Source of the DNA: Nitrosospira multiformis ATCC 25196
Lineage (GTDB): Bacteria > Pseudomonadota > Gammaproteobacteria > Burkholderiales > Nitrosomonadaceae
DNA: 32,000 nt
Reading direction: 5' to 3'
NCBI RefSeq assembly: GCF_000196355.1
Contig: NC_007614.1
Span: 2,040,001-2,072,000, forward strand
Shown: positions 1 to 8,789 of the stretch, in pieces
Layout of the letters: each line of letters opens with the position of its first letter
How positions within the stretch are numbered: the stretch's first letter is position 1
The notes under the pieces: generated by a model
Told to the model about the DNA's origin: nothing
Seen by the model: only the letters and a program-made list of their open reading frames with translations
Database searches by the model: none
Program-made: the position numbers and the translations under genes

Positions 1-379
1 TCATATATACATCAAGGCTGAGGAGCTCGAAAGTAAAAATAATACGGCTTGCAGAGGTGGGGGTAACGGGCTCGAAAAGGTAATCGCACCGATACGGATT
101 AGAAACGCCCTCAAAGCAAACGTGCCGACCTAGCTGAAATACTGTAACCCTGAATGTAGACTCCGAGCGCCTCCCCTGATCGATACGAACTTGACGACAC
201 GTCGTTCCTATTCGCACCGGTCCATCCGTCAACGGAATCAACTCTACAACTTCCCGCGACCACTTGGGATAGTTCACGAGTAAATTAGGGCCAACAAAAT
301 CGAAAACTTCTGTGGCCGGCCGCTGGATCACGGCGTCAGCTTTACCTGCCACGGGGGTGTCCTTAAGCAAACCGAACAT
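1..379 (-). CDS. SRPBCC / polyketide cyclase-like (START-like) protein, partial, C-terminus beyond left edge
   Basis: Manual translation of the minus strand from ATG at 379..377 stays open to the edge: MFGLLKDTPVAGKADAVIQRPATEVFDFVGPNLLVNYPKWSREVVELIPLTDGPVRIGTTCRQVRIDQGRRSESTFRVTVFQLGRHVCFEGVSNPYRCDYLFEPV... The pattern 'I.RPA.EVFDFV......YP.W' is typical of SRPBCC proteins. Not in the supplied ORF track, presumably because the stop lies outside the window. Confidence 0.72.
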   Translation of the reverse strand, partial: MFGLLKDTPVAGKADAVIQRPATEVFDFVGPNLLVNYPKWSREVVELIPLTDGPVRIGTTCRQVRIDQGRRSESTFRVTVFQLGRHVCFEGVSNPYRCDYLFEPVTPTSASRIIFTFELLSLDVYM

Positions 380-478
380 AAAACTGACTCCGCTGTGTAA
401 TATCGATCAACTCCATTTCCACCCCAGTGAGTAACTCAGGACTGGCCGAAGCTTCCCCATATGGTAATTTCGTCAGAA

Positions 479-1273
479 TTATGTAAGACAGGGGAGATAA
501 GCTTCTATCATTGCAGATGACCCGGCAATAATCCCCTTCGAATGGATCGTCCATTCCATGCCCTCGTAATCAACCACTTTTCCTCCCGACACCCTCACCA
601 TGCAGACACCTGCAACCATATCTGCCGCTTTGGTCGAAGGACGAAAAAACAGGTCGAGCCTTCCCGCTGCCACTTCGGCCAGCGATAAAACAGGAACTCC
701 CAATACTTTTACTGCGCGCGCCTGTTGCAATATACGCGAAAGCTGCCCAAGTGTTTCCGGGCGCGTATGCATTTCAGAGGAAAAATCGAGTCCCACAACC
801 GCGTTTGCCGGTTCGGGCGAACTCCTTACCCGGGTAACTTCTCCATTTATTTTTAGCTGATGTTCTTCCTGTGCGCTATATAAGGTGTCATGGATGGGAT
901 CGTAAATGACGCCGAGAACAGGTTTTCCGTTGCGTAGAAGCCCGATGGAGACGGCAAGAAGTGGCGGATATCCCGTCATGTTTTCAGTCCCATCCAACGG
1001 ATCGACGACCCACTGGTCGCCCTGCTCGATAATGATTCCCCCGCTCTCTTCTCCATAAAAATGGCACGGGTGGAGTTTTAGAAGCGTTTCTTTCAGGAAT
1101 TGTTCGGATTCTCTGTCCGCAATGGTTACCACCTGCCGCCGGGACTTGAATTCACACCCCACACCTCGAGTATAGTGCGCTCTGATAATGCTCCCGGCTG
1201 ACCTTGCCACTTGCTCTATATCTTCTATAGGAAAGTCGTGCTGGGCGAAGCTTTTAAGCTTGAGGTTTTCCAT
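479..1273 (-). CDS. Inositol monophosphatase / CysQ family phosphatase
   Basis: 264 aa with the metal-binding motifs GEESG and WVVDPLDGTENM, characteristic of the IMPase superfamily, plus a C-terminal KAADMVAG segment. Confidence 0.85.
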   Translation of the reverse strand: MENLKLKSFAQHDFPIEDIEQVARSAGSIIRAHYTRGVGCEFKSRRQVVTIADRESEQFLKETLLKLHPCHFYGEESGGIIIEQGDQWVVDPLDGTENMTGYPPLLAVSIGLLRNGKPVLGVIYDPIHDTLYSAQEEHQLKINGEVTRVRSSPEPANAVVGLDFSSEMHTRPETLGQLSRILQQARAVKVLGVPVLSLAEVAAGRLDLFFRPSTKAADMVAGVCMVRVSGGKVVDYEGMEWTIHSKGIIAGSSAMIEAYLPCLT

Positions 1274-1279
1274 ACGCGC

Positions 1280-2086
1280 TCATAACACCAGCTCTTTCGG
1301 AATATCGAAATTTCTGTTGACTACAGTGGTTGGTGCTTCCTGATGGTAGGCCCCGGAGGGGATAAGACCACAGCCGCCGTAGCGCTTCATGACTCTCAAC
1401 TGTGCAAGAACGTCTTCACCCGCATGTTCTTGCGGCACCTCCCGCCAGAATTCGAACCCGCCGGTTTCCCGCAATTTTTCGGTGTCATACAGCACGCAGC
1501 CTCCCACCCAGGCGACCTTGTATTTCTTTTGCGTGTCGGGGGTCAGTTTCAGTTTTTCCTGCACATGCAGGATATTGGCTGCATTATGCAGGCTATAACG
1601 CTGCCAATTCGCATGCTGGGGAGTAACGATCTCGGGCTCGACGCGCCCGTGCCATAGCTCTATCGCCTGTTCCGAAGGGCGGCAATCGTCCCGATATGAC
1701 AACCCGATGACTGCCTGCCCGACAAATCCGATCTCTTCTTCCCGATGCGCCTGCAGCATGTTTCCCAGAACGAAAGATTCCAGCAGAATGTCATCGTCGA
1801 GGTAAAGACAGTATGACGAATCGATCGTATCCAGCAGGAATTGCCGTTGTTGGGCCAGGCCGCGACGCGGCAGATTGGTCAGCTGCTGAACCGCATGGCC
1901 TTTTTTTTCCAGCAGGCGGATTGCTGTCTGCACAGAGGCATCCCTATAGACTGGGAGATCGCTCTGGTCGGAGATAACGACAGCAAAATCCTGGTGTTGC
2001 TGGAAACAAAGCGCGGTAAGGGTCACCGCCAAGGCAGTAGGGCGATTGTAGGAAGGAATGGCTACGGTAACGCCTGCCCGCATCAT
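1280..2086 (-). CDS. Glycosyltransferase family 2 (GT-A)
   Basis: N-terminal VTVAIPSYNRPTALAVTLTAL and acidic motif YLDDDILLE are typical of GT2. It lies 6 bp from the IMPase gene. Confidence 0.85.
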   Translation of the reverse strand: MMRAGVTVAIPSYNRPTALAVTLTALCFQQHQDFAVVISDQSDLPVYRDASVQTAIRLLEKKGHAVQQLTNLPRRGLAQQRQFLLDTIDSSYCLYLDDDILLESFVLGNMLQAHREEEIGFVGQAVIGLSYRDDCRPSEQAIELWHGRVEPEIVTPQHANWQRYSLHNAANILHVQEKLKLTPDTQKKYKVAWVGGCVLYDTEKLRETGGFEFWREVPQEHAGEDVLAQLRVMKRYGGCGLIPSGAYHQEAPTTVVNRNFDIPKELVL

Positions 2087-2220
2087 GTAGCCCTAGTTAT
2101 TGATCCGGCGAATGAACTGCGGAATGCAGTAGCAGCCCGGCTTCGTTGTCGTTTCCGCCCTGGATTGCAGACCAGAGCCGGAACGATGCAATATAAATAC
2201 AACCGGGGTTTGTGCTGGCT

Positions 2221-3447
2221 TCATACATCCTCGCCATATCGAATAGGCGGGCACATGCCATATTCATTATGCGGAGTGAAACAGGCAGCCAGTGCAGTGT
2301 CAGGAAGGCTATTGCAGGTGGGGACTGGATTCCGGAGGGGGCTTGGAATGAAGGATCCGTGTTTTCTCCGTGGTGAAACAAGCTCACCTACAGCCGCCAC
2401 TATTGCCTCCGGTGAAGCCCTGGGTGTGGAGGATCCGGGGAAGGACTGAAGCAGCTGGTTCTTTGTCCTCAGTTCCGGCAGCACCTCGAAGTAGAGCACT
2501 TTGCTTGGCACTTGCCATGGCGTGTGCTGGGGATTTGTCATCGCGTACAGTACCACCACGGGGGTGCCGACGGCGGTGGCAATATGGACAGGACCGGTAT
2601 TATTCGAGATCAAGACGGGTGCCGCTTCGACCAGGACAATCAGTTCTGCAATGGATAGCTCGCCTGCGACATTTATCGCGGCATCACTGAGCTGGCGAGC
2701 GATCTGGTCTACATAATCGCGCTCGCTGCCGCTGCCTGTGAGCAGGATCTTATAGCCTTGCCTGATGAGCGATTGGCAGGCCGTTATATAATCTCTGGCC
2801 GGATAAAGACGCTTTTCTTCACTGACGCCCGCATGCAGCACCAGCCAGCCCATACCTGCCCGGATGCCGGCTACATTTAATATCTCCCATACCCTGTCCG
2901 TTGCTTCTTTCCGCGTTTCCTCTGGAATTTTCAGCAGGAGCCGGGTATCGGAGGTTTTTGCGCCGGCCATCTCGACCAGGCGAAGCTGCCGTTCGACCTC
3001 GTGGACGACGTAGTCCAGCGGTTCCCTGTCCGGCACCCACTGATTGATAAGCTGGTAAGGATTCTCGCGGCAATAGCCCAGAACGGCTTTGATACCCGCC
3101 AGATAGCACAACATGCCAGCCGGCAACGGGTTCTGGCTATAGACTGTAAAGATTACTGCGGCATCAAGCTGAAGGGCTAGCAATTCGCCGGCAAGCGCCA
3201 GCAACCGTTGCGCTCCATTGGTTTCGGTCGTCTTTACCCAGGGAACATCGAACGGAATCGTTTCGTCCACTTCCGGAATGAAGGGAGCAATGCATGCTCC
3301 CGCGGTGGAAGTCAACAGAGTGATTTTTCTGCCCGGAACCGATTCCTTGAGCGCCCGCATCGCCGGCTGGCTCATCAGCACATCGCCCATGTTGTCCGGG
3401 CGAACGCATAATATGTTCCTGTAATTTTTCCAGGCTCCGGCAAACAT
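2221..3447 (-). CDS. Glycosyltransferase family 9 (heptosyltransferase-like)
   Basis: RPDNMGDVLMSQPAMRALKESVPGRKITLLTS near the N-terminus, and VLISNNTGPVHIATAVGTPVVVLYAMTNPQHTPW in the C-terminal half, match the GT9 family pattern. Confidence 0.88.
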   Translation of the reverse strand: MFAGAWKNYRNILCVRPDNMGDVLMSQPAMRALKESVPGRKITLLTSTAGACIAPFIPEVDETIPFDVPWVKTTETNGAQRLLALAGELLALQLDAAVIFTVYSQNPLPAGMLCYLAGIKAVLGYCRENPYQLINQWVPDREPLDYVVHEVERQLRLVEMAGAKTSDTRLLLKIPEETRKEATDRVWEILNVAGIRAGMGWLVLHAGVSEEKRLYPARDYITACQSLIRQGYKILLTGSGSERDYVDQIARQLSDAAINVAGELSIAELIVLVEAAPVLISNNTGPVHIATAVGTPVVVLYAMTNPQHTPWQVPSKVLYFEVLPELRTKNQLLQSFPGSSTPRASPEAIVAAVGELVSPRRKHGSFIPSPLRNPVPTCNSLPDTALAACFTPHNEYGMCPPIRYGEDV

Positions 3448-3461
3448 TTTGATTTTCCGGC

Positions 3462-4937
3462 CTAGGCAACCTGTTTGTCCATGCTTTTGATCCTGGATAT
3501 GATGTTTGTCGTGGATCGGTCCTGAACAAAAGGCATGATTTCCACTTTTCCGCCGTATGCCCGGACAACCGGCGCTTCGGGAAGCGTTTCGATCGTATAG
3601 TCACCGCCTTTTACATACAAACTTGGCTGAATGACTTCGAGAAGATTGACCGGCGTGTCTTCTTCGAATGACGTCATGAGTGTTACCGACTCCAATCCCG
3701 AGAGGATGCGGATACGTTCATACAGGTTGTTGATGGGGCGATTGCTCCCCTTCAGACGTTTTATACTCGCATCGGAATTGAGGCCGAGCACCAGAACGTC
3801 ACCCAGAGCCCGTGCTTGCTCGAGATAGCTGACATGGCCGCTATGAAGGAGGTCGAAGCACCCGTTGGTAAACACGATGCGCTTGCCTTCTTTTCTGAAC
3901 GCATCCAGACGATTATCCAGGGCTTGCCAGTCCGCGACATATTTACTGCTGCTTCCCAGGTAATGCCGCAGTTCGTTCTGAGTGCAGGTGGCGGTGTGGG
4001 ATTTTTGAAGTATCACCATCGCGGCAGACTTGGCAATCTCACCCGCCACCTCAATAGATGATCCGCTGGCGAGAGCCAGCGTGAGCGCGCCTGCATAGGT
4101 ATCCCCTGCTCCGGCTGCCCGGGTGTTCTCTACCGGTTTGGAGAAGGTGCGATAAGGCTCCTTGCCGTGCTGAAACAGCAATGCGCCTTCGACATCGATG
4201 GTAGCCGCAACATATTTCGTTCCGGTTTTTTTGAGCAGCTTTTGTCCGTAGAGCCTGATCTGCTCCGAACGCTGGCCCACAGGCGCCGGTTCCGTGATGG
4301 CAAGCAGCGTGACGAGTTCCTGATAGTTCGGCTTGGCCACGGTCGCCCCAACCCGGCTGTATTTATCGAGCGATTTTGCGTCGATTACCAGAGTGTTTTC
4401 CTTTTTTTTCTGCAAAGCACGCAGAGCATCGATCACTGGGTCCGTGAGAATGCCATAACCATAATCGGAAACAACGACAGCATCCATCTCATGAAACTTT
4501 TCGTTCAGGGTATCGATCATCTGCTGCTCGTGCTTGTTGCATACCCGCTCTGTCGTGCCGGCATCAAAACGCACCAGCAGTTGGGTACCTGCGGCGACAC
4601 GCTGTTTGGTAAGCGTTCGACGGGCCGGATCGCAGATAACCAGGGAAATGTCGAGGCCATGACTGACGAGCGATTCTTTCAGCAACTCGGCCTCGTGATC
4701 ACATCCGACAACCGAAAGATAGTGGACTGTGGCACCCAGTTGTGCCAGATTTACTGCCGTATTAGCCGCTCCTCCCGGCACTGCCTTGACATCCCTGATA
4801 TCCACGATGGGAACAGGCGCTTCCCTGCAGATACGGTTTGCCGCCCCGTCGAGATAAACATCGAGCATCGCATCGCCGATTACAAGTACATTCAAACCGC
4901 TAAAGCGATCGATAGTGGCAAGATAACTGCTGTTCAT
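3462..4937 (-). CDS. hldE: Bifunctional D-glycero-beta-D-manno-heptose-7-phosphate kinase / heptose-1-phosphate adenylyltransferase (HldE/RfaE-like)
   Basis: N-terminal PfkB kinase domain (PGGAANTAVNLAQLG, GAGDTYAGALTLAL) plus C-terminal nucleotidyltransferase domain (FTNGCFDLLHSGHVSYLEQARALGD, YVKGGDY). The track ORF runs 3462..5069. I prefer ATG at 4937 (MNSSYLATIDRFSG) because AAAAGGAGGC sits just upstream. Confidence 0.88.
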   Translation of the reverse strand: MNSSYLATIDRFSGLNVLVIGDAMLDVYLDGAANRICREAPVPIVDIRDVKAVPGGAANTAVNLAQLGATVHYLSVVGCDHEAELLKESLVSHGLDISLVICDPARRTLTKQRVAAGTQLLVRFDAGTTERVCNKHEQQMIDTLNEKFHEMDAVVVSDYGYGILTDPVIDALRALQKKKENTLVIDAKSLDKYSRVGATVAKPNYQELVTLLAITEPAPVGQRSEQIRLYGQKLLKKTGTKYVAATIDVEGALLFQHGKEPYRTFSKPVENTRAAGAGDTYAGALTLALASGSSIEVAGEIAKSAAMVILQKSHTATCTQNELRHYLGSSSKYVADWQALDNRLDAFRKEGKRIVFTNGCFDLLHSGHVSYLEQARALGDVLVLGLNSDASIKRLKGSNRPINNLYERIRILSGLESVTLMTSFEEDTPVNLLEVIQPSLYVKGGDYTIETLPEAPVVRAYGGKVEIMPFVQDRSTTNIISRIKSMDKQVA

Positions 4938-5025
4938 GCTGCCTCCTTTTACCTGGAATATGTCGCCCTGCAAGCTATACGGGGTCAAAGCAAATTCCAG
5001 GGAGCAATCGGGAAAACTGCCAGTA

Positions 5026-5634
5026 TCAGCAGTGTGCAACCTCCGTGCGCACGGCACCGCAATTGGCACCCTGACAAATAATTTCCGCTGCTTCCATCCA
5101 ATCCGTTACCGAATACACAGGTTCTCGATCATTGCCCTTTACCCACTCCGTCTCGTTACCGTTATCCAGATGAATCGTGCGGCAACCCGCACGATTTCCC
5201 GCTTCCACGTCGTTCAGGATATCGCCGATCATCCAGGAGGCCTGCAGGTGCACGCCCTGATCTTTGGCAGCCTTTAAAATCATTCCCGGCATCGGCTTAC
5301 GGCATCGGCAACCATCGCCCGGCGCGTGCGGGCAGTAATAAAAAGCGTCGATGGAAACATCATATTGCGCGAGCAAGGACTGGATGCAGCGGTTAACAGG
5401 AAACAAATCCTTTTCCTCGAACAAGCCCCGGGCGATCCCGGATTGATTGGAAATGACGACCAATTTATAACCCGCATTTTTCATATTCCGGAGAGCTGGA
5501 CCCGCACCCACGGTCAACCGGATATAGCGCGGATCGACGTTGTAGGGCACGTCGTGAACAAGTGTGCCGTCCTTGTCGATAAACACGGCCTTTCCAGGTG
5601 CAGTTTCTTCAGTTTTCTTAGCCACTACGGCCAC
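5026..5634 (-). CDS. gmhB: HAD-family D-glycero-D-manno-heptose-1,7-bisphosphate 7-phosphatase (GmhB-like)
   Basis: KAVFIDKDGTLVHDVPYNVDP, VVISNQSGIARGLF, CxxC-like zinc region YYCPHAPGDGCRCRKPMPGM, WMIGDILNDVEAGNRAGC. The track ORF extends to 6033, but that portion overlaps the SDR gene. In-frame GTG codons at 5634 or 5625 are the likely starts. Confidence 0.85.
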   Translation of the reverse strand: MAVVAKKTEETAPGKAVFIDKDGTLVHDVPYNVDPRYIRLTVGAGPALRNMKNAGYKLVVISNQSGIARGLFEEKDLFPVNRCIQSLLAQYDVSIDAFYYCPHAPGDGCRCRKPMPGMILKAAKDQGVHLQASWMIGDILNDVEAGNRAGCRTIHLDNGNETEWVKGNDREPVYSVTDWMEAAEIICQGANCGAVRTEVAHC

Positions 5635-6356
5635 GATGTCTCCCGCATCGGGAGAACCATAACTTCGGGAATCACCGTTTCGTCGGGTTGTGTCAGGACA
5701 AAGTGCACGGTGTCCGCCACGTTTTTTGGATCCTGGAGGACGTTTGGATCGGTATCGGGGAACCTGTCCATGATGAAAGGCGTGCGCATGCCGCCTGCTA
5801 TCACCGCAGTGACCTTGATATTGTCCCGGCGTCCTTCCGCATGCAGGGCATGACTGAAACCGAGCAGGCCCCATTTGCTTGCGTGGTAGGCACTGGCCTC
5901 CGTCCAGACCCGCTTCGCGGCTGTCGAGGCAATGTTGACGATATGACCCCTGCCCTGACGCTTGAGAAGCGGATAGACAGTTTTCGACAACAGGAAGGGA
6001 CCGCATAAGTTGACGTCCACCACCCGGTCCCAATCGGTCACGCTTAAATCTTCAATCCCCAGGGTCATGTCAGTACCGGCGTTGTTGATCAGGATATCGA
6101 TGCGGCCATGCTCGGCCATGATGTCATCGACAGTCTGCCGGATACCCTCCGCGTTGCGTACATCCAGCACGAATGGATAAGCAGCGCCGCCCCCGTCGTT
6201 AATGGCCTGGGCCACGTTTTTCACCTTGTCTTCCTTGATATCGCAGGCGCAGACGACCGCTCCTGCCGCGCCGAGCGTGTTTGCTATCGCCTCGCCCAAC
6301 CCCTGGCCTGCGCCCGTGACAATAACGACTTTGTCAGTCACACTTTGTTGATTCAT
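5625..6356 (-). CDS. Short-chain dehydrogenase/reductase (classical SDR)
   Basis: TGAGQGLGEAIA cofactor motif, NNAG, and YHASK catalytic motif. Overlaps both neighbours by a few bases. Confidence 0.88.
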   Translation of the reverse strand: MNQQSVTDKVVIVTGAGQGLGEAIANTLGAAGAVVCACDIKEDKVKNVAQAINDGGGAAYPFVLDVRNAEGIRQTVDDIMAEHGRIDILINNAGTDMTLGIEDLSVTDWDRVVDVNLCGPFLLSKTVYPLLKRQGRGHIVNIASTAAKRVWTEASAYHASKWGLLGFSHALHAEGRRDNIKVTAVIAGGMRTPFIMDRFPDTDPNVLQDPKNVADTVHFVLTQPDETVIPEVMVLPMRETSWP

Positions 6357-8286
6357 GCTTGATTTTCCTCTTATTAACGTTTTTAGCCATTTCCTGGACC
6401 TGAAAGTGCTTTATTGACCACTCTTCCGTTATCTGAACGGTATTCAGGTCATCCACCACGATTTGCTGCTCGATCAGATGACTGAGCACGTGGAGAACAA
6501 GCAGTTGTACTTCCTGGATGCGTGAAGTTTCGTTTGACGGAACAATGATGTTGATATCAGTCAGTTCGCTGGCAGGACCACCCTCCTTGCCAAGCAGGCC
6601 AATGCAGAACATCTCGTGCCGGCGCGCCGTCCGGAGCGCCTTGACCAAGTTGACTGACTGCCCGCTCGAGCTGATGACAACCAGAACGTCCCCCGGCTGC
6701 CCATGCGCTTCGACCTGTCTGGCAAACACATCGTCAAATGTATAGTCATTCGACCAGGCGGTCACAAAGGCGGTATCGGCAGTGAGTGCCATTGCGGGCA
6801 AGCCGCGACGACCACTTGCCTCAAACCGCCCCATGAGTTCGGCCGCAAAGTGCTGCGCTTCGGCGGCACTCCCGCCATTGCCGCAAACCAATACCTTTCC
6901 GCCGCGCGCCAACGAGCGGTATACAGCCTGGGCCGAATCGAGGATGGCAAGGCGGATTTTCCGCCTGGACTTTTCAATAGTCTCTATTAATGACCCGAAG
7001 GAGTCGTCGATGTAGGACAAGGAATCTTCTTCTTCGTCCGCTCGCAGGGGGCTCTGGGTTGCAATCCGCTCGTACATGTTGGCCGTGAGATGCGTTGCCT
7101 TCATCCAGGTGTAATTCTGATTGACATGGCGGATGGCGTTTTCCTTGAAATACGTCATGAGCTTGTTGCTGCTCAAAAGCTCTATGATGCGGCGCCCGAG
7201 TGACGCGGGATCGTTGGGCGGCACGAGAAAGCCCGTCCTGCCATCCATGACGGTGGATTTAATGCCCCCAACATTTGACCCGATCACGGGCGTCCCGCAG
7301 GCCATTGCTTCAAGCGGGGTGATCCCGAACGGTTCATACCAGGGCGTAGTCGTGAATACGTCGCACGCGCTATAGTAATAATGCAGCATGTCGCGCGGGC
7401 GGCGTCCGACAAACGTCACAAGATCGCCCGCACCCTCTGCTTCAGCCAGTTTTTGCAGGCGACCGATTTCAGGCGTTGTTTTTGGATCGGGCTCATCCGA
7501 CTCCCCGCCCACTATCAGAAGACGTGCTTCGAAGTTATGCTCGCGCCGCATGTAGCCCAGCGCTTTTATGACGTTATCGACACCCTTTCGCCGCACCATG
7601 CGCCCCAGTTGCAGGATAATCTTTTCCTTGGGATCGAGTTTCAGCGCCATGCGCGCGAACAGCTTGTCGAGAGGATAGATCTCATCCGGTCTGAATCCGT
7701 TTGGAATAACCGTGATTTTTCCGGGATCAGCTTCATAAAGATTGATCAGATCATCGCGGTCCTGCGGGCACAAGGCGACAATCTGGTCCGCTTCTGTTAT
7801 CACCCTTTCTTCGATGGCAAAGCCCTCGTCCGGGAACCAGTCATTCCCTCCCTGGTGAAGCCTCCGCACTTTTGCGAGAGCGTGAAAGGTAACGATGAAA
7901 GGAATACCCAGTTTTCGCTTGATATCCGCCGCCACCAGCCCGGACATGAAGAAATGGGCGTGAACGAGCTTGTAGCGATTGTTTTCCGACTTGATAAACC
8001 GCAGGATGTCGCGCGTGAAGGCGGGCATATAAGGCAGCAGCTTTTCCTTGGGAATGAACGTGACGGGCCCGGCTTCCACATGGACGATGCGTATGCCATC
8101 CCGCCAGTTGAGGATTTTTGGAACACGGCGGTCATCCCAGCGGGTAAAGACATCAATTTCGTAGCCGAGGGCGGCAAGATGCCGGGCCAGCTCGGCCACC
8201 GCTATATTTTGTCCGCCGGTGTCCGTACCTCCTATTGCCGCGATGGGTGAAGCGTGTTCACTGATGAGGGCAATTCTCTTCTTCAT
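6334..8286 (-). CDS. Fusion protein: GT4 glycosyltransferase (N-terminal, about aa 1-410) + SIS-domain phosphoheptose isomerase-like (GmhA-like, about aa 425-650)
   Basis: N-terminal: IGGTDTGGQNIAVAELARHLAALGYEIDVFTR, PNGFRPDEIYP, LGRMVRRKGVDNVIKAL, EPFGITPLEAMACGTPVIGSNVGG. C-terminal: GGKVLVCGNGGSAAEAQHFAAELMGRF, FARQVEAHGQPGDVLVVISSSGQS. The reading frame is continuous through a linker near aa 410-425 (about nt 7015-7055). Confidence 0.88.
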   Translation of the reverse strand: MKKRIALISEHASPIAAIGGTDTGGQNIAVAELARHLAALGYEIDVFTRWDDRRVPKILNWRDGIRIVHVEAGPVTFIPKEKLLPYMPAFTRDILRFIKSENNRYKLVHAHFFMSGLVAADIKRKLGIPFIVTFHALAKVRRLHQGGNDWFPDEGFAIEERVITEADQIVALCPQDRDDLINLYEADPGKITVIPNGFRPDEIYPLDKLFARMALKLDPKEKIILQLGRMVRRKGVDNVIKALGYMRREHNFEARLLIVGGESDEPDPKTTPEIGRLQKLAEAEGAGDLVTFVGRRPRDMLHYYYSACDVFTTTPWYEPFGITPLEAMACGTPVIGSNVGGIKSTVMDGRTGFLVPPNDPASLGRRIIELLSSNKLMTYFKENAIRHVNQNYTWMKATHLTANMYERIATQSPLRADEEEDSLSYIDDSFGSLIETIEKSRRKIRLAILDSAQAVYRSLARGGKVLVCGNGGSAAEAQHFAAELMGRFEASGRRGLPAMALTADTAFVTAWSNDYTFDDVFARQVEAHGQPGDVLVVISSSGQSVNLVKALRTARRHEMFCIGLLGKEGGPASELTDINIIVPSNETSRIQEVQLLVLHVLSHLIEQQIVVDDLNTVQITEEWSIKHFQVQEMAKNVNKRKIKHESTKCD

Positions 8287-8789
8287 ACTCCTTCCCTTTC
8301 ATTGAAGCCGGCCAAAGTAAGCCGCTCGGTACTGAAACAGAAGAATGCCCCCTCATTCACACGGGAACACTCCCTGTTACAACAGACCGACGTCTGCATG
8401 GCCAACCAGAGTATGTCGGATGTCGAAACGATCGAGGGTTACGAGATTTTCCATGGAGACACATACTGCATTCGAATCCAGTGTATCCCTTTGATTCCAG
8501 ATCAATCATCGAGTCGAATTAGAGCAGATGCCCGAATTTTAAGAAGGAAAACGCGTGCGCTCTGTTCGGTACCACACTCATGCTGAGCGGCGAAGCCTTC
8601 CGGAGGGGAGCTTGCTTAAGGCAGGCAAAAGGGCGGACAAAAGAGTACTGGATTGTCCTAGGGACGTTCCGGTTCGGGGATTCGCAATTGAAGAAGAAGC
8701 AGGAAGGTATTCTTATGACGCGGATACGAGGTTTCATCCGGCAATCTGGTTGATTCCCGGCTTTTTTCGCCCACTCGGCGCGGATTCAA

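Noticed and set aside
1841-2449. 202-aa plus-strand ORF between the GT2 and GT9 genes
   Set aside because: It spans the ends of two well-supported minus-strand genes and has no domain-like motifs.
4167-5081. 304-aa plus-strand ORF opposite the HldE-like gene
   Set aside because: The opposite strand has clear PfkB and nucleotidyltransferase motifs across the same interval. The plus-strand translation has no recognisable family pattern. Treated as a GC-rich antisense shadow ORF.
7381-8250. 289-aa plus-strand ORF opposite the GT4 domain
   Set aside because: Fully contained antisense to a motif-rich GT4 domain. Its sequence reads as a reverse-complement shadow.
8287-8789. Possible tRNA or mobile-element remnant in the gap between the GT4-SIS gene and tamB
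   Set aside because: I looked for a cloverleaf, terminal inverted repeats and transposase-like peptides and found none I could support. Treated as the probable promoter region of the sugar cassette.
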